DNA of 57,477 nt, filler included, from Sphacelaria rigidula (taxonomy: Eukaryota): the NCBI GenBank assembly GCA_964200075.2. It is 5 parts of 5 records of this genome, joined end to end, with 100 filler letters (N's around TTAATTAATTAA, not from the genome) between each part and the next. Parts side by side here need not be neighbours in the genome. Positions count along the whole stretch, not along the records: positions 34,550 to 45,964 come from CAXNAA020004943.1; positions 46,065 to 57,477 come from CAXNAA020004944.1; 3 more parts are not named here. The stretch is one strand, 5' to 3'. The notes beneath the pieces were generated by a model. The model saw only the letters and a list, made by a program, of their open reading frames with translations. It was not told where the DNA came from and did no database searches. Below, piece by piece: positions 36,531-49,167 of this stretch. The translations under genes were made by a program, and so were the position numbers. Numbering within the stretch: position 1 is the stretch's first letter; each line of letters starts with the position of its first letter.

Positions 36531-37054
36531 GACAGCAGATTTCTTACAACGAACACTGTTCCGTTTACCGTTTCGAAACCAGTACTCACTTTCGAAGGTA
36601 AGATGGACATTCTCTAGTGAGAGAAGGGGCGATGTCGCAAAAAGCAGTTGGAATTTCGGCGTCTTCACCAAAATTCAAGTCGAAGTGTTTTCGTTTGTCG
36701 ATATCAATCATGGTTGGGCAACCGAGACTTTGGCCTAGATTATCGCGTAAGTGCTCCTAGCTAGGTATATTGATAGCTGCTTCCACCCGACTGTTCACCA
36801 TAGAGATAGGGAATGGTTCGAGCGAGCTCATGTACGTATCACAGAGTCAGAGCGTCAGGGTGTGGCCTCGTGGGACCCCCAACAACTTGTTAGCCCGTTT
36901 CTTGTTCCCATTTGTTCGTACACATGGTCCCCGCTCGTAATCTGTCGATATATCTACACTCCCATTTTTGACAGGGATCGTGAAAAATGGGGACGACTTT
37001 TTTTATGGAACGAGAAAAGAAGCAAGGGTTCTCGAAACTGTGGAAAAAAATATA

Positions 37055-37772
37055 AAGTGGGGGGCTCTCAGTAGTGCCGGTACGTGCCCACCATGGACAC
37101 CGGCACTACTCAGAGAGCCCGGCACTACGCTGAAAAGTGCCAAAACAGGTGCAATTGAGGACTCTGAATACCTCAGTAGTGCCGGTTCTAGCACTACTGA
37201 CGACCGTCCGTTCGTACAGTGCTACGCTTACCCTTCGTGGGACCAACGGAAGCACAAAACGGACGAGGACCTTTGTTTCAAGGGGTTTCGATAGGATACA
37301 TCACGTAAGGTTTCGAGGTAGCAGAACTAAACCCGATGTGTTTTTGTTCTTCACTTGCTGCAGCGCTTGCCCTTTTTATGAAGGCACTTGCTGCAGATGC
37401 GGTGCATTTCGTTGTCGCCAAACATGCTGCCGTAAATACCATGAAGCCTCCCGCCACATGTCCCCTGGCAACCGTGGCCATGATGGCCTTCTGGCGTCGT
37501 GGCCTGCACCAGGCACAGTTCACCTTTCGCACAAGGCATGCTGTGTCCCTAAGTTGCAAGGTCTGCACCAGCACGTACTCTGATCTACCCCTACTGGTGC
37601 TTTGTTGGTGGGCGGGGTTAAGGCGTGCGTGAGTGTCCGGAACCGGCACTGTCGAGTGTACAAAACCGGTCAAACCGGCACTACTGCGAGCTGTGGCTGT
37701 GCCCGGAGATTTTACCGGCATTATAAAGGTCGTTAGCACTATTCAACCGGCACTACTGAGAGCACTCCACTG
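37055..37772 (-). mobile_element. pogo/Tigger-like deletion derivative retaining a Cys/His-rich N-terminal mini-ORF
   Basis: TIRs (A/C)AGTGG.G.GCTCTCAGTAGTGCCGGT with internal CCGGCACTACT repeats; ORF 37539-37351 MPCAKGELCL...HGHGCQGTCGGRLHGIYG...NEMHRICSKC. Confidence 0.7.
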
Positions 37773-38389
37773 GATGCCCTTTGCTGAAGTAGAACGGGCT
37801 CATATTATGTCCAACATTCAACAGCCCAGAAGGTTCCAAACAAGTGTTTGCTCTCGCAACGTGCCAACAAGGTTTTTCGGAAACCTTCATCAATATAGAT
37901 TGCCCGGTGCCCAGGGCGCTTCCATTTTCAATTTATTCCGGTGTTGGTGACGTTGGTCTTGGATTGCGGCGGTGAAACCGGAGTGGTCTCAGCTGGACCC
38001 TTGTTAGAAGTGGCTCTCAAATGAAGGTGTGCCGCATGCACCCGGGGTATGGTGACGCGTCGTTGCACGGAAGCGTAAAGTTGTATTGAAGCATAAACCG
38101 TATTCGTGTTATCGCCATCGCCCAACATTCGTAAGGGCCCGCAGCATATCGGCACTGAGACGCGAGCCGTTTCCCAAATTCACGCTAGGTCGTGCCGCAC
38201 TTGTCCCAGCCACTGCAATGCCTGTTTTCAAGTACACGTACAGGACTTGCTTTCTGGTATGCCACAGACTATAAGTTGCAAACTGCTGTTTCTTGGGCAG
38301 ACAGGAGACAGCGTCAAGTGTCAAGCAGCTCCATGTCGGGAAATGACGGCACCTTGCCCCCCACAGGTCGCCAAGACCTCATTCTGGGG

Positions 38390-38443
38390 CAGGAGGAGGA
38401 GGAGGAGGAGGAGGAGGAGGAGGAGGAGGAGGAGGAGGAGGAG
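38390..38443. repeat. (GAG)n microsatellite
   Basis: About 18 units. Other simple repeats: C-run 11341-11374, (TA)n 21170-21193, coding (GCA)n 28583-28620, (GCT)n 46809-46832 and 53092-53118. Confidence 0.95.
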
Positions 38444-38942
38444 GGGGGTACCCTGTTTGAGGAGGGAGGGTACCTCCCTGATTGATGGATGATGGCGATA
38501 GTAGTTGCTGTGCTGCACCGCACGTACATGTCGGCAGCGTTCGCCTGCGCAGGGTATACCGAAACGGTACGTGGTACGGGTACGTCACAGCAAGTAGAGA
38601 AGAACATGCCCGTAGAGGCAAGGAGGGGCGAACAAGCGAGGCGGCGAATCGGGCAATCTTCCCCGTACAACACCATTGTTGGCAGATATGACTTTGCAAT
38701 TTGTTGGCAATGAATATTTTGACAACGCGAATGTCCTGACCCATATTCGTGTGTATCTCCTACCTTCAGGAGCCCCTGAACGAGAAAGATCTATGGGCCC
38801 AAAAGTGCGACAACTACCGCACCATGACTCACCACTGGGGCGTGGCGCTTGTGAGGCGGAATGTGGCAGGTATATCCGAAGAGCCGCTTGTTATCCTGCT
38901 CTTTGCCGGCCAAGACCACTTAATCGAGCAATTTCTCGCTCA

Positions 38943-39424
38943 GGCCGGATGTTATGGCACACAGAGTTTTGGCCCACGGGTTGTTCACTTTTGGGACGTT
39001 TGAGCCACTTTTGACCCCCAAAGAGGGGAAAACCGCCGACACACGTCTTAGACACTTTGCATCACCCCGCAGAGAGGAGCCAAGCCCACTTTTCAGATTC
39101 GCTTGGCTCCAAGGTTTCGAGAGCGGCCGCTAAACAATAATCCGTGTGCAATAAAATCTACGGCGGTCTCCACAAATTATTGGGCAAACTGGCGGGGGTC
39201 GGTACGCACAGATTATTGCACACGAATTATTGTTCAGCGGCCAATCTGGAAACCTCGGAGCCAAGAAAATCTGAAAAGTAGGCTAGGCTCCTCTCTGTAG
39301 GGTGATGCAAAGTGTCCGAGACGTGTGTAGGCGACTTTTTCTCTTTGGGGGTCAAAACGTGGCTCAAACGTCCCAAAAGCGAACAATCCGTGGGCCAAAA
39401 ATCTGTTTGCTATAACATCCGGCC
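38943..39424. mobile_element. PIF/Harbinger (Tourist-like) foldback MITE
   Basis: ~210-bp inverted arms starting GGCCGGATGTTAT / ATAACATCCGGCC with the 3-bp TSD TCA on both sides. Confidence 0.88.
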
Positions 39425-42115
39425 TCAGGCAGCCAGCATGCACGACGAACATGATCTTTTTGTATGAGGTGGATCAGTGACTCACGAGCTCTTTTGACCA
39501 CTCAAAGGTCTGTTTGTCTCAGTGTGACATTTTCCACAACGACGGTCGCTCCGCTAGCCATGCGTTTTGGGCCTGCGTTGTGCCAGATAGCACTACGCAT
39601 CACACCGTGTCAATAGGCCAGGATGGCTACCTTCGATCCGGAAACCGAACATAATGGAACACCTTGCTGCCCATTTCTCCGCAGGCAGCACCACACGGGA
39701 AGTTCGTATGTAAATACTTTGTCACTCTAAGCGGCGCTAAGACATGTCAAGAACCATTTTTGCTCGAGGAGCACCTGTTTACCTTCGGTATGGTGGTAGT
39801 GTTCGTCGTATGCTCCCCCATGAGCCACGATGTCCAGAAATCGCTTCAAAAGGTCGAAATCATCTGCCAGCGTTGCATGGACACTATCTGGTGGAAATGA
39901 TACCACAACTCGGATGCCCGGAGACACCGTTTTTGCGTATCGCGATAGAGAAACAAGTCTTTCCCCTCATGGCAAACACTAGTTTGGTGCCCCGGAACCA
40001 CTTTGAGAGTCCCCGCTGCTTCTTTGATGCACGTACCCCGGAAGACTTGCGTCGATAAGCTCTAGGCGAAGTTTATCTCATTCATTTTGAACTCCTTATC
40101 TTATTTGCGTTGCAAAGGGTGTTTTCGACATCAAGAGTCCACCTCTACCGCAGCTTGATACTGTGGATCCTTCCCCATCGACCGATGACCCCCCAGCTGA
40201 ACGTACCACAATATCCTTCAAGATATTCCAGATATAGCTTCGGCGCATGTGGGATTAGTTGCCACCGACTTGCGTGAGATCAACTTCAATCTGCACGGAC
40301 CCAGATGAAGGGCAACCCGCTGTTGTACTCCAAAAATCGGGTTAAGTTCTGCTCGAATAGAAAGATCAGCTCTCTACGTTCAAAGCCGGCCTCGGGCATT
40401 GTAGAATGCTACTCTTCGAGCCAAACGTCCAACCCGCCACTTCTTCAACCTCTTCGAGACCTGATGGGAAAAATCCAGTGTTTACTAAGAAGAATACCAT
40501 GCTGGGTGCATACTCAAGAGCACGTTTGATTCAGCATCCTCCGCCACTTCGGCTTCGCCTTCAGTTGTCGTCCTCAAGAAAGATGGTGGTGTGCAGATCA
40601 TCGTCATTTATCAGCAATGAAATCGTGTCACAGTTCTCGGTCACCTCCCGATCCCATGTGTCAACGAAATATTCGACTCTTCGGGAACAGAGAATTATTT
40701 TGTATCTTCAACAGTGGTCCTGGGTTTGTCCAGAATGCTTCCTAACCTGATTCTATTCCACTCACAGCATTTTGCACTTCGCCAGGACTTCATGAGTCGT
40801 TACGCACGCAGCGTATTTGAAAAGGTCTCGAAACGTGTTGCTACATACCTCGATTACGCTACGGCATATGACACCTCATCGGTCGCTCATGTTCTCATCC
40901 CACGAGATTTTCATCTCGTGTGCGCAAACAGAATCTGAGTCGTTCCCGTCCAAAGCCCAAGTTGACGCTGCTGAGCTAGACGTGATAGAACACTTCATCA
41001 CCTGCTGGATTTCGACTACACATCAACAAAGTGGTCGCGATGACTGATATGCCAGTGCTCAGTTTCCCCGACTTGGATGCGGTGGAAGATGGCTACACAC
41101 CCATGCTAGCGCAGATGGCCCCGCTGCCGTACCCATCAATCCCAGCTCGACAGATCAACCACACCCATCCTGTCCAGTCACAACATGTTGCGCAACGAAC
41201 GTAACCGCTCACCACTCGAGCTGAGAGGTGGAGTAATCCCCCTGGGCAATCGAGTGCTTCAAACGATCGTCATACCACCTACCGTTCAAAACGTATCCAG
41301 ACAATCAAACCCTCGAACACCTCGCGAAACTGGTGAAGACAATCCCATTGTACAAGGCTGAGGAAAGCTCCTCACGGCGCGCCACTGTACCGTCAAATAC
41401 CACTGCATCAAAAGCAGTGGAAACGTGTTTTTCGTGTTCCATCTTCCACCTCCGCCGACAACCGTCAGCTTGCTGAGTCCGATGGGCCAGGCATGTATCT
41501 CAAATGCTATGTTTCTGACCGCATGTACACTCTCGACCTCCCGTACCCTCAACGGGTACGCACATGAGAGGCCCTCGAATCCTTTCATACGGTGCTGCTT
41601 GGGTGAGCTTGCGCTCAATAGTGATTTGGTTTATGTCGCATTTTCGGCACCCGTGGAAGCGTTCAGAAAAACACCTTGAGCTGCACCCATTTATCTCTGA
41701 CAAGACGCGTTTCAAAACTGCAGCGCGCCTCACTTTGCCATGGAGCCTGTCAACATCACCAGCTCCTGCTGATCCCGCGAGTCCTTCCGATCCCACCCTT
41801 ACCGACAGCCCGCGTATTATCACGCGCCGCGTCGCGCCTACTCCACGTGTTGCGAGACCGTCACCGCCTTCTGCAGTACCACAACCCACGTCGCTATCAC
41901 CCGATTCTGCACGGCCCCGCCGATCCCAGAGTCTTCTACGATAGCTCTCCCCCAAAACAAGCCCAAACCTGCCATGAAGAAAATGGCCATACAGTGCCTG
42001 ATGCTTGATTTTAGGCTGCACGAAGCGCCTCCTTTGGTCGACATTGAACATACAATTTTGTAACATGAGGTTGTACACTACCATGAGCTTCAAGCCCAAA
42101 ACAGTGCTGTATACA

Positions 42116-42391
42116 CACTTTCAGCGATGGTGTCCGATGACTTTATTGTCGGCCTAATGCCCCTCGATCGCGAAGATACTTCTTCAGCGCAGTATACCGA
42201 CTCTGTGAGCTTACAGCGCTGACCGAAGACCTCATTTTCCCTGATATCACCCTCCTCGAAAATCAGGGGAAATGAGTTCTTCGGTCAGCGCTGTAAGCTC
42301 ACAGAGACGGTAAAATGCGCTGAAGAAGTATCTTCGCGATCGATGGGCAATAGGCTGACAAAAACGTCATCGGGCACCATCCCTGAAAGTG
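42116..42391. mobile_element. Near-perfect foldback element with CACTTTCAG termini
   Basis: ~130-bp arms (CACTTTCAGCGATGGTG... / ...CACCATCCCTGAAAGTG; GATCGCGAAGATACTTCTTCAGCGCA / TGCGCTGAAGAAGTATCTTCGCGATC) around a short loop. Confidence 0.88.
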
Positions 42392-42625
42392 CCGAAGCTC
42401 TCAAGAGCAGGGCGGCGCGTGTACTGCGCCAAGTTGACAAGGAGTTTTAGTGGGAGCATCCCCCACACTGCCTTGAGCGACCGCTTGAGGCGCCTTCCCC
42501 ACATAACTGCCACGAGGTGGTCTAGCCGAGCCTTCGGATAATCGGCACACGAGCTCGCTAGCGACCGCCTGCGGTCGCTTGCGGGGTAAGTATTGGGTTG
42601 GGTTTCCTCCTTCCATCAAGGGAGT
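42391..42625 (+). repeat. Second copy of the 32740-32990 repeat
   Basis: Colinear similarity from CCGAAGCTC to CATCAAGGGA. Confidence 0.7.
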
Positions 42626-43169
42626 GATGCTACGATAGGGGTGCACAAATATTTTCGGAGGTTAGAATTGTTGGGCGCCCTTGATCTCATGCAAAACACC
42701 ACTTATGAAAATATGTAAGAGTACGCCAGGATCACTACTCCACTGTGCAGGGAATGTCCCAAATGAATTTGCAAATGGAGATATTCTGACCCATATTCTT
42801 GTACATCTAGAATCTTTAGGAGCCCCTGAACTAGACAGTATTTCGCGAAAGAAGTGTACCCCCCTCGTAGCATTGCTCAAGGAAAAAACAAATCCCTGAA
42901 AGTGTGGAGAAAGCACTGTTTCGGGCTTGAACCTCATTTCAGTAAACAAACTCATTTGATGGAATTGTCTGTTATCTGAGAAAATGAACTCAAGCGTGAG
43001 AATTCCCAGCTGTTCGTTGTGCTCGGCTTCCCCCGTAGGGTTAGGGTTAGGGTTAGGAGAAGCAAGGTGTTCCACCTACGCAACGATCTACGGGACAGCC
43101 GACCGGTAACGAGTGATTCGATGTCCGTAGACGTTGCACGAAACGTAAAAAAAACACACAGGCACCGTA

Positions 43170-43562
43170 GGTAAGGTATGTACCAGGTATCGCATCTGGG
43201 GCATTCCATACCCTACCGATACCGGTCCAATCAGGTATTGTCAAATGTCATAACTACGATACCCACGATACCACGGTATTTCGAGATGTCAATACCTACC
43301 GTATGCGCCCAATCGGATATTTTCAAATGTCGTACCTCCGATACCTCCGATACCACAGTATTTCGAGATTTCAATACCTACCGGACCGGCTCAATCAGGT
43401 ATTTTCAAATGTCGTACCTCCGATACCTCCGATACCACGGTATTTCGAGATTTCAATACCTTCCGGATTAGCTCAATCAGGTATTTTCAAAACTCATACC
43501 TACGCTTCCCACGTACACCACGGTATGGAACACCCCGGTGAATACCGGGGGTATACCCGGTA
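43170..43562 (+). repeat. Element with a ~79-bp internal tandem repeat (about 4 units)
   Basis: CAATC.GGTATTTTCAAATGTCGTACCTCCGATACCTCCGATACCACGGTATTTCGAGATTTCAATACCT units; shorter 2-unit copy at 44562-44790 with the same CACCCCGGT.AATACCGGGGGTA end. Confidence 0.8.
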
Positions 43563-44561
43563 AATTCCCGACGCGATGCACTCCCCACGGTGCAGCAGCT
43601 GGTCCCAACTAACGCCAAGGTCAGAAGTTGTCGGAGCAGGTAAGTCTTGTTTTCACAAGTAATGTATACCCAGATTTCTCCTGTTTTACGTGTTTGGATC
43701 AATTCGAATGAACAATTGTTATGTAGTCTGAAGTGCGGTCCAGTTTTTTTTCTCGAACTGATAGGTCCACCGCATTTCTGTTACTAGAAGCCTTCCACTC
43801 AAATGTGTAATTAGTGGCGCGCGGAGAAAAACTACAAAACAAAAAAGCTAAGCTTTTCCCATCGAAAACATGCGGTCGAAAGGCACGAAGCGGCCGCTGA
43901 CTCTTGTCTGACAGACCACCACGCCAGATAAGACCCGTTCACAGCACCATGCTAACTCCATCCGACTCATTCTCAGCTGCCACCGCAACCCTGCAGCATC
44001 GAGTACGAGTTGAGTACAGATATAAATACACTGCAGTAGTTGGGTATGCTTTGTTTATTTTTTGTTGGCGAAAACTTGCGAATCTTCTTTCATGGTAGGG
44101 ATGAGCGACGGAACTGCGTGTTACCGTGGGCAACCGAGTTGCGTAAACGCTCATGGACAATGCAGGCAGTACAGACCTGCACGTTGTTCAGGCCCTTTCC
44201 ACGTCGCATTGCATGCAGAGAGAACTGATAGTCCTGGGCTACCTGCACTGGACGTTGCCCGCTTCTCTTTCACATCCTCATGTAGAAAACACGCACACAC
44301 GCACTCAAGACACACTGCTTGCAAGCAGTGCAGACAGTACAGATTGTCCATACTGTACACGAGTGACCATGTACCGTTTCGCGAATTTCGCTGTTTTTTT
44401 CCGATCGAAAGGTTGAAATTCGCTTGGATCCAACTCGACAAAATTATGAGATTTTCGCTCAAACCAATAATTCCACCGCCCCCTCTTTCGATTAAAAAAA
44501 GGTGCTACGACATGCCCTTAAATGCTTCTCCGCACTGCCGGATGACAGTTTTGATATCGGT

Positions 44562-44790
44562 ATAGAGGGTAAGGCAGGTGCCTGGTATTGGTATTTGGGT
44601 CATCTCATATCCTACTGATACGGGCCCAATCGGGTTTTTTCAAATGTCATACCTACGATACCTACGATACCACGGTATTTCGAGATACCACTTCCTAATG
44701 TACCCGCTCCATCAGGTACTTTCAAAACTCATACCTACGATACCCGCGCATACCATGGTATGGGATACCCCGGTAAATACCGGGGGTACG
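44562..44790 (+). repeat. Shorter copy of the 43170-43562 element
   Basis: Same units and the terminal hairpin TACCCCGGTAAATACCGGGGGTA. Confidence 0.75.
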
Positions 44791-45964
44791 TTTGGTGCGG
44801 TACCTCACGTACGGTTCCCGTGAAGAAATATACACAACCACAGGAGATAAATCTGAGGCGGATAACCCAACACGTTCCTCAACCGCGACAAGCCACGAAG
44901 GGAAGGGGATCAACGCAGCCCAATCCCTCCGTGGTTGCCCGTTCGAACGAAAAACGAGAGGATGCGCACACAAACTGGAGGATAAATGCCAGCCGGGCAC
45001 ACCGCCACGTCGCTTCGTCATCAACCCTAATATAACAACGCATCTCCACGCCACCACACCACCACGCCACCTCACCAATTTCAGAGGTGGTTGACCGTAC
45101 ACACAAACTAATGTAAAAAAATGATCAGAGCACAGCGGATCGCGCACCGTGACCTTCTAGGTTGTACCAAATGACAACTAGTTATCAAAAATGGGATTGA
45201 ACACTAAAATGAGGCTCAAATGGCATAATTATTTTTCAGGAATGGTGTGAAACAGTTACACCAAGGGAAAGCATCTTCCCCCCCAATAAATCTGTAGCAG
45301 CTGTCAAGCAGGCGTGGCTAGGTGCACCGAACAAATGCGGTATACGCGCATGTCGATGACGATATCAGTAGAGAGAGGAGCAACGGCGGGAAGGAAGCTC
45401 CTCGCCGGTGTCCTTTGTGTGTCCTCGTTCGGCGATTTCCAATCGCTCGAGAGATTGACATCATGTCACCAACACATGCTCAAGTTGTGATGTGTCGGCA
45501 GGCAAGTTATTGCAGAATAGCCCCGGAAACAAGATCGAGATACCCACGGTTGTCGTCTCCTGTCTGTGGCGCTGGGCAATGCAAACACCGATTTTTATTT
45601 GCCTCTCTGCTTGGACAGGACGTGCCTCTGTGTGAAGTAGAACACGTCGTCGAGAAGCAGGGCGATGTTCCCGTCATCGCTACGGTTCTCTCTCACACAC
45701 ATGCGAGCAAGGACGGTTGCCCCGTTTCGCCAAGATCAAATAATCGCAAGCTGGGGGGTGTTATTATAATCGTAGATGTCACCCGACGTCTGTAATACAA
45801 GGGCAAAAATCTGCCACATCCCAGTTGGGGGGATGCATGAAGGATCAAATACTCGTATGTAGACCTTCTTGGCATCCGGAGTGAAAAAAAGATACCTCTG
45901 GGGGGTGTACTCATGATCATGCATGCCATAGTCATCACACCATTTACCTCGCATCCCTACAAAG

Positions 45965-46064
45965 NNNNNNNNNNNNNNNNNNNNNNNNNNNNNNNNNNNN
46001 NNNNNNNNTTAATTAATTAANNNNNNNNNNNNNNNNNNNNNNNNNNNNNNNNNNNNNNNNNNNN
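45965..46064. other. Artificial contig-joining linker
   Basis: Same spacer. Confidence 0.97.
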
Positions 46065-46249
46065 TTTTTTGTTTTTTTTTTTTTGTTTTTTGTTTTTTTT
46101 TTTTTGTTTTCTCCCCTTCCTCGCCCTCCTCCACACACTGCGTAAGCTAGGCAGCCAGGTTACAGCTTTTTTTGCGGTAATCATGATGGTGCTCAAGCTA
46201 GATGATTTTGTGAGGGGTGGGAGAGCCTCATTTCCGCGCAAAGGGGGGT

Positions 46250-46520
46250 ATCGGACAATCAAATACGTCAAGAAGTGAAGGCTGTCATCCAAATGCAAGA
46301 TAATCAGTACGCTTCGGACCGAAGAATCTTCGAGGATGCAGCCCACCCTTCATGGGACTCGCCGAATACATCACGGCGCTTCGCGCTTGGTGATCGATTG
46401 CGAGCCTGGTCCGGCGAAAGCCCGGCGCGCCCTGTCCCGGCTTTGTAGGAATGCGAGGTCAATCATCATACGAATATGGCATTCAAGATTATGAGTACAC
46501 CCTACTTCCCTCCCCTATCC
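46250..46520 (+). mobile_element. C-tailed LINE-like 3' fragment
   Basis: ...CTTTGTAGGAATGCGAGGTCAATC...ATGAGTACACCC. Confidence 0.65.
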
Positions 46521-47780
46521 CGCGCCCTTCCGGTCTGGTGAGGGGCCCTCCCGTCAGAGGCGCTGCCAAAGGCACGAAAAATACGCGGTTTGGCTTTTGT
46601 TTTTACTTGAAATCGAGCTCATACTCGACCGTCAGAGAGCAGTACTTTACGTGCGCGGACCTCTTTTGCGGAGGAAACGTGGCAGCAAATCACGTGATAT
46701 TCGGTGTCGTTTAATGTTTGCTGAGGTGAGCACAAGACGCGTTGTTAGCAGGGTGCCCCTTCTGAGCTGAGGCTTTCGTTCATGTTTCTGGTCTTGCACT
46801 CGGGATAGGCTGCTGCTGCTGCTGCTGCTGCTCCTGTGCGCTCTAGTAGCCAGCGCAAATGTCTACACGGCCAAACAATGGCAGCGGCACGTGTATCTTT
46901 AGTGGGTGATGACTAAAATGCGTAGCAATTTTTTTGGTGTATCGGTGCTACCGCTGATCAATTTCAAAACATGAAATTACATCGGCGTTGGCCAATGTGT
47001 ATTGGTTTTAATTAAAGGCCCTTACAGTGTAGAAATGGCTCGTATTACTTAGTTTAACGAAAAAAATACAATTTTTAGTGACTGAAGCTCTGCATGTCTT
47101 TCTGTGAAGGAAAAAAACACTCAGCGATGGTGCAACTGGCGTGACGGTAATTCTTTTTCTTTTCGCCTTCCTTGGTTGTTGCTTTATTTTTTCTTCTTGT
47201 CGGTGACGGCCAGGTGATGGGTGCACGCAACGAGCCTATCGTTGTGGAATTCGATTGCGGGAGTCGGCAGGTTGCGGAGTGTGCCGCAGCCATCATAAAG
47301 GTATACCTCATTATTGCAATTCAATGTTTTCTGCGGTTAGGGTATTGTAAGGTCACCTCTATCCAACGCTTCCAAAACGTAGCAGCTAGCTAGCTGTTGT
47401 AGCTGTAGCTTGATATCCAGCCCGCGTTTTTGCTCTATATTTAAGAGGTACAAGCATTCGCCCGCGTCTCGCAGAAGTTTGGATGCACGGAAAAGCATGG
47501 AATGGTTACGAGCTACGATAGGCGAGCCAGATTCATGAAAACAGAACAGGCAGTAAAACTTTTGGAGGTTCCTTGCCAAGTTAGTTTCCGTGTGTGCAGA
47601 AGGTAGCCACAATTCCAATTTTCAGCATCAAAAATAGTGTTGTCCTGGGCCTTTTCTCATGTCACATTGATTTCTTTTGACAGAAAATCTGTGAATAAAA
47701 ACTTGGAGAGTACAGAGTATCACACTGAACACAATACAAAAGTCCAACAGTGTTATTAGAACTTTTTAGAACCGGAGAGG

Positions 47781-48265
47781 TGGTAGCCATGGAGATTCAT
47801 CAACCGCACGAAGTCCCGACGGCGGGTGGATATGTTTTTTGTGCAGTGTAGGAACCGAGAGACTGTTGCTCCGGTACGTAGTACACTTGTTCCCCACAAC
47901 CACGGGGGGCCCTTTTCCTACATCGAGTGCGGTGTCGTCAAACGAACAGCATTCTGTCACACGAAAATTAGCTTGCGAGGAACCAAACAGTCGAGACTGT
48001 TCCCCGTCGAGTACACACCCCAGCACCACGGCGCTAACACGTACACTTTACAGTACGACTACTACTGTCTGTAGTGTTGGAGGGTTGGTAGACATGGAGA
48101 TGAACTTCATCAACCGCATTCAGCATTCCCGACGGCGGGCGGGTTTAGTTGTGGTTTAATATTGAAGTGTACTGCGTACAGTGTAGGAGCGGAGAGACTG
48201 TTGCTCCGGTACGTGGTACACTTTTCTACGCAACCACGGCCGGCCCTCTTCCTACATCGAGAGCT
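47781..48265 (+). repeat. Imperfect direct duplication (period ~305 bp)
   Basis: GGTAG.CATGGAGAT...TTCATCAACCGCA...CCCGACGGCGGG...GAGAGACTGTTGCTCCGGTACGT...TTCCTACATCGAG occurs at ~47781 and ~48086. Confidence 0.75.
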
Positions 48266-48743
48266 TCAGTGGATTTATTATCGATGAATTTTAAGTGTTT
48301 CTTTCTGTGCTTCTACCTGTATGCCGATTATGCTCCTTTTCCATCAGAACAAGGGGAAACAAAATTGGAAGCGCGATGCAAAGCAGAGCAATCTATGACA
48401 GCAATCGTGAAAAATATTATTTTTCCGTCGCATGTGCTCCATCTCTCGGACCCGTGGTAATAGAGTGCAAGGAGCGTATCTTCCATACCCATAAACCAAA
48501 AACCCAACGGAGGAAGGCTAGAAACAAAAACACCACACGAAAAAAGGCACCTACACTGCGGAAAGTTTATGTTTTTATTTCATGGATTAGAGAAGGTGAA
48601 GCCGGGCCTCGTCCGTTACGAACGCACGGTGTTTGCATCATGAGTAGCATTTTCAGAATTTGAGACTCTCTTCCTCCACATGTTCATTAGTAATTTTCCG
48701 GGGAACATCACCTTCGTTGCGGCGGTATTTGGGGCCCATAATA

Positions 48744-49167
48744 CGGGATTTCACAACTTGGGGATGGATTTTTGTACTAGGGATGAAAAGCGGGAGAATT
48801 AAAATATTCGTATCCACACCAGATCTTCGAAGTATTATTTCATTCCTTGACTTGCTGGTAGCTATTGACAACTACTACACGCCATACAAGTTTGGATTTC
48901 GATAACCGAAATGTCGGGGTCCTAGGTGAAAAACCAATTTTGGCGTCCGATCGGATCACCTAAACCCCCTGGAGTTGGATTTTCACATAGGACCCCGATA
49001 TTTCGATTACCGAAATCCAAATTTGTACGGCGTGTAGTAGTTGTCAATAGCTACCAGCAAGTCAAGAAATGGAAGAATACTTCGAAGATCTGGTGTGGAT
49101 ACGAATATTTTAATTCTCCGAGTTTTCATCCCCAATAAATAATCCGTCCCCAATTTGTAAAATCCCG
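48744..49167. mobile_element. Foldback MITE with ~195-bp arms
   Basis: CGGGATTTCACAACTTGGGGA... / ...TCCCCAATTTGTAAAATCCCG; long exact mirrored blocks such as CTTGACTTGCTGGTAGCTATTGACAACTACTACACGCC; TA/TG flanks. Confidence 0.88.

Noticed and set aside
43036..43057. Telomere (TTAGGG)n
   Set aside because: Only about 3 units, internal to the contig.
43220..43500. ~79-bp repeats as CRISPR or iteron arrays
   Set aside because: Whole units repeat in tandem with no variable spacer, and a second copy of the element has a different unit number.
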